From Bacteroidia bacterium (lineage in GTDB: Bacteria > Bacteroidota > Bacteroidia > NS11-12g > UBA955): DNA of 48,952 bases. Location of the stretch: positions 1 to 48,952 of the forward strand of contig JBILTS010000001.1 of the NCBI GenBank assembly GCA_044371405.1. Direction: 5' to 3'. A program made the translations under genes and the position numbers. The notes under the pieces were generated by a model, which made no database searches, had not been told where the DNA came from, and was given only the letters and a program-made list of their open reading frames with translations. Shown piece after piece: positions 1 through 6,519 of this stretch. How positions within the stretch are numbered: the stretch's first letter is position 1; each line of letters opens with the position of its first letter.

Positions 1-2
1 AA

Positions 3-1406
3 ACAGGCAGTCCTTCCTATTCCCTCAGCAACGAAACCGAACGTGCCATTGATGAGGATGATACCAAGGGCTTTAAAGGGTCTGCACCACAGGGCCTGGA
101 TGCCATGCTCAATTTTATAAACCGCCGTATGCTGGACCGCGACCACATGATGCCCAGGCAGTTTGCCGATTATATAGAACTGGCCAAGCGGCACAACCGC
201 AACCTTTCCGTGGTGAAATTCATGGATGACAAAATGATGTTCGGCAGCCCCGAAGAGGAGTTTACCCTGCTGGCCATATGCACCAAAGCAGCCATTGAAA
301 ATGAGCCCTTCAATTTTGTGTACCTGGATAGTTTCATCCACATCAACCGTTCCGACATTCAGCGGCTGCGTCAGGAAATCCTGGATGGCGAGTGGTTGCC
401 CATACAGCAAGGGCTGGTAGAAATTACCGGTTCCAATGTCATGGAATTCAACCCTGAGCTGCAACTCACCGAAGCGGGCTTTAACCACTTTTTGGGCGAA
501 CTGGATCCGGTGGTGTTGAAAATGATACGCCGCAAGATGGCGTCGGTAAATACGCCCCTCATTCAACCGCAGGAAGTGCAAAAAGTGCAGCTGCATTTCA
601 GTCCGGCCCTGCAGCGCAAAACCGAGCGCATTGCCCGTTTGCTGAGCGTGAAAGGATTTAGTGAGTACCAGCAGGGGCTGGCCAAAAACGAGCGCATGAA
701 AGGCATCACGCTGCTGTTTCACGGTGGTCCGGGTTGTGGCAAAACGGAGTTTGCCCTGCAGCTGTCGCGCCTCACCGGCCGTCCGATCATGAAGATTCAG
801 GTCACCGATTTCATGAGCAAGTGGGTGGGCGATTCTGAGGCCAACCTCAAGCGCATCTTCTCTGATTTCCGCAAAATGTGGGAGCGGCTGGAAGTAAAGC
901 CCATATTGTTTCTGAACGAGTGCGACCAGATTATTGGCAAACGCCTGAATGCCAAGCACGGTGTGGAACAGATGCAGAACGGGCTGCAAAACCTGGTACT
1001 GGAGGAAATGGAAACCTTTGGGGGCATCCTCATTGGCACCACCAACCTCACCCAAAACATGGATCCGGCCTTTGAGCGGCGCTGGACCATCAAGCTGTTT
1101 TTTGAAGCCCCGGGCGTAGAGGCCCTTTCCGCCATCTGGAAGTCGCAAATTAAAGGGTTGCGCAAAACCGAGGCCGAATACCTGGCGCAGCACTATGCAT
1201 TCACCCCGGGTGAAATTACCAACGTGGTGAGGCGTTTCAACGCTGAAAAACTGCTGGGGCTGGAAGACACCCGCCTGAACACCCTCATAGAGCTGTGCGA
1301 AACGGAGCGATACATGAGCACCCCTACCACCAAAGCGCCCCTGGGTTTCCTGGTTCCCGGGCAGCAGGAGCTGGACCTGCAAAAGGATCGGAGAAAGGCG
1401 GGGTGA
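3..1406 (+). CDS. AAA+ ATPase (single classic-clade AAA module); 5' end runs off the window
   Basis: The frame of ORF 105..1406 stays open back to nt 3, with no stop in codons 3-104, so the gene is probably truncated by the edge. It has Walker A GGPGCGKT, Walker B-like ILFLNECD, sensor-1-like IGTTNL and an Arg pair FERRW. Confidence 0.85.
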   Translation, partial: TGSPSYSLSNETERAIDEDDTKGFKGSAPQGLDAMLNFINRRMLDRDHMMPRQFADYIELAKRHNRNLSVVKFMDDKMMFGSPEEEFTLLAICTKAAIENEPFNFVYLDSFIHINRSDIQRLRQEILDGEWLPIQQGLVEITGSNVMEFNPELQLTEAGFNHFLGELDPVVLKMIRRKMASVNTPLIQPQEVQKVQLHFSPALQRKTERIARLLSVKGFSEYQQGLAKNERMKGITLLFHGGPGCGKTEFALQLSRLTGRPIMKIQVTDFMSKWVGDSEANLKRIFSDFRKMWERLEVKPILFLNECDQIIGKRLNAKHGVEQMQNGLQNLVLEEMETFGGILIGTTNLTQNMDPAFERRWTIKLFFEAPGVEALSAIWKSQIKGLRKTEAEYLAQHYAFTPGEITNVVRRFNAEKLLGLEDTRLNTLIELCETERYMSTPTTKAPLGFLVPGQQELDLQKDRRKAG

Positions 1407-1455
1407 TACTAAAAAGGCTAATCCCTTATCACTAGCATTAAATAGTAATATCTAG

Positions 1456-2577
1456 TTAATTATTTAACACCTGAGTGCTGATGAGCTTACCCGTGGCATC
1501 ATATGTAAATGCATCTATTTGATACGGATCTCTTCTTTTATAAATTATTCTCTTTTTTAGATTTCCACTATTATCATAAAAATTTTTAAATTCATATAAT
1601 TTAGTTGTCAAATTAAAAATGCTGTAAAAACTAATAATTTTATTGTCTAAAGAAGGATAATTCAAATATTTAAATGCATAAATTCGTGTTACAAGTTTGT
1701 CTAAATTTCTATCAAAATAACCCCAAAAATCGGTTGATTCATGTCTTTCAGTATTGTCATAATGAATAACCTGTATTGGTGATAACCCAAACCCTATGAA
1801 AGAGACATTTACACCACCAGTGGCATTATATGCAATGCGAGCAAGATTGTTTGTAGTATCAAAAAAATAATCATACTCTTGAGTTGAATCTTTTTCATTT
1901 ATAGCATAAATACGAGCCAATGTATCGGGAGCTACTCTTAAGAAAAGATTTCTATTCGTATCAGAAACCAACGTCATTTTATTTAATTTTCCACGCTCAA
2001 AATATAGAATCAAATCCCTTTCTCGTAGATAACCAGTTATTTCATTACTATTTGGATCAACATAATATTTATCAACTAACACTAGCTTATCCGCAATATA
2101 ATTATACCTTTTGACGGTGTTATTTTCGAAAATAAACTTAATGGTTTGAGGATTATACAGTGTTTTAGCTGATTTTAAAACACCATTCTCCCACGTTGAA
2201 ACATGCTGATTAAATAGCTGTTTATTAGCAGTGTACGAATTTAGTTTTTGAATACCATGTGGTGTCTCGTACTGATTATAAGTAAATTCTCTTTCAATGG
2301 TCCTACCATCCTTAAAATAATAATATCCTTTAACACTTTTTCCATTTTTCTTTGTCACGTTTGATGCCAGTGATCCGTCAGATCTAAACTCTTTAAAATA
2401 GCCGTGATTTGTTCCATCTGGAAGAACTTGGTACTCGAAATGTACACCAGATCCATATTGAATTGGATAGTAATCCCTTTTAACCGTTAGTGTTTGGGAA
2501 AATATACTTTTAGCGCTTAGAGTTACTACCAGACATAGTATAGCTTTTTTAAGTTTTATTAAAGTGTCTCTTTTCAT
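1456..2577 (-). CDS. Secreted hypothetical protein with YwqK/MORN-variant-like repeats
   Basis: ATG start with signal-peptide-like N-terminus (KKAILCLVVTLSAKSIFSQ). Repeated G-x-Y/F-K-x-F/Y-x-x-G segments (GYFKEFRSDG, KGYYYFKDGR) resemble YwqK-type repeats. The gene is very AT-rich compared with its neighbours. Confidence 0.6.
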   Translation of the reverse strand: MKRDTLIKLKKAILCLVVTLSAKSIFSQTLTVKRDYYPIQYGSGVHFEYQVLPDGTNHGYFKEFRSDGSLASNVTKKNGKSVKGYYYFKDGRTIEREFTYNQYETPHGIQKLNSYTANKQLFNQHVSTWENGVLKSAKTLYNPQTIKFIFENNTVKRYNYIADKLVLVDKYYVDPNSNEITGYLRERDLILYFERGKLNKMTLVSDTNRNLFLRVAPDTLARIYAINEKDSTQEYDYFFDTTNNLARIAYNATGGVNVSFIGFGLSPIQVIHYDNTERHESTDFWGYFDRNLDKLVTRIYAFKYLNYPSLDNKIISFYSIFNLTTKLYEFKNFYDNSGNLKKRIIYKRRDPYQIDAFTYDATGKLISTQVLNN

Positions 2578-2698
2578 ATGTTTTACAAAAGAAACTGGTT
2601 TTCATGAAAAAACAAAAAATAAAATCTATTTTCTAATATTGTTTTGATACCTGATTGCCATCATATAACTTGCTGTTAACATCCCCTTCCTTTGCAAC

Positions 2699-3022
2699 AT
2701 GCCCCCCATCTATCGCCTTAAAACCAAAACCATCCTGCTAAATGCCATTACCGGCTATGTGGTGGGGCTGGGGGTGATATCGCTGTTCATTTCGGGGCTG
2801 GACAATCCGAAACCCGAATGGGACAAATATTGGATGATACAGCCGCTTGTGATTACTCCAATCTTCTCGGCCTTTGGCTCACTGGCACTACTGCTGCCTG
2901 ATTTTCTGAAAATCATCTCGCCATGGAAACGCCTGCTGGCATTGCTGGCGGGCCTGTTTATTTATATGCTTTTGCTGTGGACCGGCATCGTGCTGGGATT
3001 GGCAGGAACGATGTGGGATTGA
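2699..3022 (+). CDS. Small integral membrane protein (about 3 TM segments), function unknown
   Basis: 107-aa ORF with hydrophobic segments. A TTCCTTTG box lies 4 nt upstream of the ATG. Confidence 0.55.
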   Translation: MPPIYRLKTKTILLNAITGYVVGLGVISLFISGLDNPKPEWDKYWMIQPLVITPIFSAFGSLALLLPDFLKIISPWKRLLALLAGLFIYMLLLWTGIVLGLAGTMWD

Positions 3023-3083
3023 TTACGCACGGTTTTGTAAAAACTAAAATAATGCGTAACATTGTTTTGGCCAGTAGCCAAAG

Positions 3084-3503
3084 ATGAAAATCGGTTTCCG
3101 CATACCGTCGCTGAAAAAAAGGATTGCAGCGCGCACTTCATGGAAACGCATGGTGCGGCATAACCTGGGCTTTAAAGCTCCCCGAGGACTGGGTTGGCTC
3201 ACCAATCCCAAAAAAGCCGCCTATAACCGTGTGTATAACAGAACCACCCGGGGCTGCATGGTTACGCTGGTGTTATTGTTGTTTTTGTTGGGAGGTGCAT
3301 TATCATTTAGCCAATGCGGTGATAGTGACAGTAAATCGGGCCGCGGTGCCACATACGTGAAACCATCGGTTGACAGGCGGGGGCGTTTTAGAAAAGGTCA
3401 TGTTCGCATGCCGGTAAGTGCCAAAAAAGATGCCATGAAAAGCCGCAACAAATCAAGGTATTATTATCACACACGGGGCAAATACAGGAGAAGAAAAAAT
3501 TAA
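3084..3503 (+). CDS. Small, highly basic membrane-anchored hypothetical protein
   Basis: 139-aa ORF with a central TM segment (MVTLVLLLFLLGGAL) and Arg/Lys-rich termini. No recognisable domain. Confidence 0.45.
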   Translation: MKIGFRIPSLKKRIAARTSWKRMVRHNLGFKAPRGLGWLTNPKKAAYNRVYNRTTRGCMVTLVLLLFLLGGALSFSQCGDSDSKSGRGATYVKPSVDRRGRFRKGHVRMPVSAKKDAMKSRNKSRYYYHTRGKYRRRKN

Positions 3504-3508
3504 TATAT

Positions 3509-3674
3509 CGCCCCTACGGGGCTAGTAGGATGGCACTCCTACGGAGCTATATAGGGATTATCATGAGCCTAATGAACGAAATTGTATGCTACCAATCCCG
3601 TAGGGATGGCATCCTACTAGCCCCGCAGGGGCGTAGAAATTGAACCCCGTAGGGGTGACATGGAAAAATGTAAT
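3509..3674. repeat. REP/BIME-like cluster (left): short GC-rich triloop hairpins, including an inverted REP pair
   Basis: Hairpins GCCCC-TAC-GGGGC (3510-3522), CTCC-TAC-GGAG, ATCCC-GTA-GGGAT, GCCCC-GCA-GGGGC (3620-3632) and ACCCC-GTA-GGGGT (3644-3656). Segment 3509-3532 is the near-exact reverse complement of 3610-3633. Block 3593-3674 recurs at 4445-4526. Confidence 0.8.
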
Positions 3675-3737
3675 TTTCGTTTTTGATTAAAATTTATTTA
3701 TGATTATATTCGTATTTTTTATGCTAATTTTATTTTT

Positions 3738-4199
3738 ATGCCCAATACCTATACCCAAATTTATGTTCACATCGTATTTGCCGTTAAACACAGACAGAAT
3801 CTGATTCAAAAACAATGGCAGGATGAATTATATAAATATATATGTGGAACGGTGAATGCCAAGAAACAGAAAGTATATGCCATAGGCGGAGTAGAAGATC
3901 ATATTCATATTTTGGTCAGCCTAAGGCCCGACAGATCATTGTCAGACATTGTCAAAGACATCAAAGCCAATTCTTCAAGATGGATTAATGAAAGAAGATT
4001 GATATCCGGTAAATTTCAATGGCAGGAAGGTTTTGGTGCATTTTCATATGCACATTCACAATTGGATGTAATAATTAATTACATTAATAATCAAGAACAG
4101 CACCACGAAAAAACAGCATTCAAAGATGAATATCGTGAAATGTTGGATAAATTTAATGTTGATTTTGATGAAAAATATCTTTTTAATTGGGTGGAATAA
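3738..4199 (+). CDS. REP-associated tyrosine transposase (RAYT; IS200/IS605-type Y1 HUH transposase family)
   Basis: The N-terminus YTQIYVHIVFAVKHRQ, the HUH motif HIHILV and the C-terminal segment INYINNQEQHH (candidate catalytic Tyr) are typical of Y1_Tnp proteins. It is 153 aa, stands alone without tnpB, and is flanked by REP-like hairpin clusters. Confidence 0.85.
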   Translation: MPNTYTQIYVHIVFAVKHRQNLIQKQWQDELYKYICGTVNAKKQKVYAIGGVEDHIHILVSLRPDRSLSDIVKDIKANSSRWINERRLISGKFQWQEGFGAFSYAHSQLDVIINYINNQEQHHEKTAFKDEYREMLDKFNVDFDEKYLFNWVE

Positions 4200-4250
4200 A
4201 AAATAATTTAAATCCATAATTATTTCCTCAAATATTAATGAAATTAATAT

Positions 4251-4526
4251 GCCGCCCCTACGGGGCTATTGATATGCCGCTCCTACGGAGCTAGTAGGAT
4301 GGCGCTCCTACGGAGCTATATAGGGATTGTCAATAACCCATTAAAATAAAATTATCTGCTGTAAATCCCGTAGGGATGACAATTAACCTGTAATTAATTC
4401 CATTCATGGGAACCAGAAACCATTAACAAGAAATTGAACGCTAACAATCCCGTAGGGATGGCATCCTCCTAGCCCCGCAGGGGCGTTGTGATTGAACCCC
4501 GTAGGGGTGACATGGAAAAATGTAAT
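4251..4526. repeat. REP/BIME-like cluster (right), same orientation as the left cluster
   Basis: It contains GCCCC-TAC-GGGGC, two copies of GCTCC-TAC-GGAGC, two ATCCC-GTA-GGGAT, CCCC-GCA-GGGG and ACCCC-GTA-GGGGT. Block 4445-4526 matches 3593-3674 at about 78 of 82 positions by hand alignment. Confidence 0.8.
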
Positions 4527-4577
4527 CAATTCCCGTTTCTCCTGCCAAAAAACCAAACCGAAGCGCCTATCATTTGT

Positions 4578-4585
4578 TACCTTTG
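4578..4585 (+). promoter_or_regulatory. Bacteroidota -7 box TACCTTTG for fdx
   Basis: Perfect TAnnTTTG 8 nt upstream of the ATG at 4594. Confidence 0.4.
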
Positions 4586-4593
4586 CAGCGTAT

Positions 4594-4923
4594 ATGGGCA
4601 ACATAACCTTTCAATTCGAAGATAAAACACAGGCACCTGTTACCGTGAATATTGAAGCCGGTGAAACCGTGCTGGAAGTAGCGCTTGATAACGACATACC
4701 CCTGAACCACAACTGCGGCGGCGTATGCGGCTGCAGCACCTGCCACATCTATGTGCAAAGCGGCGAAGACCTGCTGCCCGAAATGAGCGACCGCGAAGAA
4801 GATTACGTTGACCGTGCCCGCAATCCCCGCTACAACTCGCGCCTGGCGTGCCAGTGCAAACTCAACCAGGATGGAGATATCGTGGTAACCATCCCCGACC
4901 AAAGCGGCATCATCGGCCACTAA
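4594..4923 (+). CDS. fdx: 2Fe-2S ferredoxin (adrenodoxin/Fdx type)
   Basis: Cys pattern CGGVCGCSTCH ... LACQC as in ISC-type Fdx. The internal ATG at 4594 is preferred because the longer ORF (from 4492) runs through the REP cluster. Confidence 0.85.
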   Translation: MGNITFQFEDKTQAPVTVNIEAGETVLEVALDNDIPLNHNCGGVCGCSTCHIYVQSGEDLLPEMSDREEDYVDRARNPRYNSRLACQCKLNQDGDIVVTIPDQSGIIGH

Positions 4924-4961
4924 CCATACACTATAAACCAACCACTGTTAACGAAAAGAAC

Positions 4962-5192
4962 ATGTTTGAACCCCCTATACACTGGCCCGATCACGAAGAT
5001 ATTGCCATGAAACTCTATGAGCGTTTTGGCGATGATTTTAATGAAAGCAAAATATACCGAATCCGCTTCACCGAACTGCTGGATTGGGTAATGGAAATTC
5101 CCAACTTTAAAGGCACCCGCGAAGAATGCACAGAAGGACATCTGGAAATGATTCAGGCCCAGTGGGTGTATGAGTGGCGGGACAACAACTAA
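4962..5192 (+). CDS. iscX: Fe-S cluster assembly protein IscX (YfhJ family)
   Basis: The 76-aa acidic protein aligns by eye to E. coli IscX (W-x-D...LY...RFT-[DE]-L..W...LE.I...W..EW). It lies directly downstream of fdx, as in isc operons. Confidence 0.7.
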   Translation: MFEPPIHWPDHEDIAMKLYERFGDDFNESKIYRIRFTELLDWVMEIPNFKGTREECTEGHLEMIQAQWVYEWRDNN

Positions 5193-5200
5193 ATAGTTGA

Positions 5201-5246
5201 TTAGCCCACATAGCCCAGGGTTTAAACCCTGGGCTATGTGGGCTAA
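5201..5246. terminator. 46-bp perfect palindrome between convergent genes (probable bidirectional terminator)
   Basis: Segment 5201-5223 pairs base for base with 5224-5246 (TTAGCCCACATAGCCCAGGGTTT/AAACCCTGGGCTATGTGGGCTAA). It lies between the iscX stop (5192) and the stop of the minus-strand gene (5254). Confidence 0.6.
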
Positions 5247-5253
5247 AACCATC

Positions 5254-6519
5254 TTACAACCTCATCTTCAACGATGCATAGACCCCAAAACCGTTTAGTC
5301 TCTTGGGCATCGCCAGACTTTCCAATCCTTCCAGCTGTAGGTTAAAGAGCAGACCACCGCGCTGCATTGCTTTCCAGTTCCAGGTGGTATGTAAATTGAT
5401 ATTCCAGGTGTCGAAACCACCCAAAGATACACCTGGGTAGAAACGTAAGTTACCTACACCCAGCCTGGTATTGGGCTGCCAGTCAAAACGCGGCAGATAG
5501 CCGGGTAAATACCGGTAATTAATTCTGATCCAGCCCAAATTTTTGTGCAACCCGCCCATACCTACTTCAAAAGGCGCGAGCAGGGTTTTGCTGCCACGGC
5601 TGCTTTCCAGGCCTAGCTGTTGCTTAACGGTATCAACACGATCGCCAAACCAGTCGCCACGGAATATATTGTTGAGTGAGGTGGTGGCTGCTTCCAAACG
5701 CACCGTACTGCCCGCCATACCGGGCATGCGGCTGTAGGAGGTGAGCCCGCCGGTGTAGTACAATCCGGCGTTTTCTACATAAAAACTAACTAAACGCCAG
5801 GGGCCTTTGGTTAAATCATACATCAAACGTGCATTCAAAGCAAGACCAAAACCGCCTGTGGCGCGCTGCACGCTTCCGCCCCACATTATATCCACGTTCT
5901 GGGCCAGGGTATCGGTAAAAACGTTTGCCCTGAAATCCTTCACCGCACTGTAGGATCGCAGCCACCCCGGATTAATGCTGCCATTATAGGTAATTTTTCC
6001 ATTGCCGTTTTTTAGATTCCGGGCTTTTTCAAATCCAAATCCTATTTCCACTATATCCCACTGCGCGGCTTTATGAATACGGGCATCGAGGGTTTGGCCC
6101 ATGTAGGCACCGTTTCCCTGAAAAACCAGGCGGAAGGCATCGTCATTAAAACGAATCCCACCCATCTGGTGGCGGCGTATGAAGAACCTGTCGGTCACAT
6201 TCAGCGACATCGTAGAGGCCACCCCACCCCGAACATTCCGTTTAAGGCGTTCTTCTGTTGCAGCAATTCGTTCTGAAGGAATGTAGCCCCCCAGTAAAAA
6301 ACGGCCTGTAATGGCCAGTGGCATGCCCACTGATCCGCTTTCGCTATGGAGAGAAACCCCAATTGTTTTGGGCCGTAACTGAAATGTGAATACAGTGTCT
6401 TTTGACGGTAAATTCACAGAGGCAGATCCCACAAAAGCTGTCGTGGTATCCGATGTCTGTGCCTGCAGGTTGTGGGCTGCCAGCAGCAAGCCCATTAAAC
6501 ATTTAAAACTGTGCTTCAT
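5254..6519 (-). CDS. Outer-membrane beta-barrel-like hypothetical protein
   Basis: The internal ATG at 6519 gives the signal peptide MKHSFKCLMGLLLAAHNLQAQ. The sequence is Gly/aromatic-rich with an alternating pattern. It overlaps the upstream gene by 17 nt. Confidence 0.6.
   Translation of the reverse strand: MKHSFKCLMGLLLAAHNLQAQTSDTTTAFVGSASVNLPSKDTVFTFQLRPKTIGVSLHSESGSVGMPLAITGRFLLGGYIPSERIAATEERLKRNVRGGVASTMSLNVTDRFFIRRHQMGGIRFNDDAFRLVFQGNGAYMGQTLDARIHKAAQWDIVEIGFGFEKARNLKNGNGKITYNGSINPGWLRSYSAVKDFRANVFTDTLAQNVDIMWGGSVQRATGGFGLALNARLMYDLTKGPWRLVSFYVENAGLYYTGGLTSYSRMPGMAGSTVRLEAATTSLNNIFRGDWFGDRVDTVKQQLGLESSRGSKTLLAPFEVGMGGLHKNLGWIRINYRYLPGYLPRFDWQPNTRLGVGNLRFYPGVSLGGFDTWNINLHTTWNWKAMQRGGLLFNLQLEGLESLAMPKRLNGFGVYASLKMRL

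Larger units (their letters stand above)
3509..4526 (+). mobile_element. RAYT gene plus flanking REP clusters (domesticated transposase/REP unit)
   Basis: A Y1 transposase gene is bracketed by direct copies of the same hairpin-rich sequence. There is no tnpB and no canonical IS200/IS605 subterminal ends. Confidence 0.55.

Noticed and set aside
3738-4199. Ordinary IS200/IS605 insertion sequence.
   Set aside because: There is no tnpB, and the flanks are multi-copy hairpin clusters in the same orientation rather than distinct left and right subterminal ends. A RAYT is more likely, although only a genome-wide REP count can settle this.
3509-4526. Possible CRISPR array, because of repeated short palindromic units.
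   Set aside because: The units are 13-14 nt hairpins of several sequence variants in both orientations with irregular spacing, and they flank a Y1 transposase gene. This fits REP/BIME, not a CRISPR array.
4404-4604. 66-aa minus-strand ORF and the N-terminal extension of the fdx ORF (4492-4593).
   Set aside because: Both run through the REP hairpin cluster. The ferredoxin fold starts at the ATG at 4594, which has its own -7 box.
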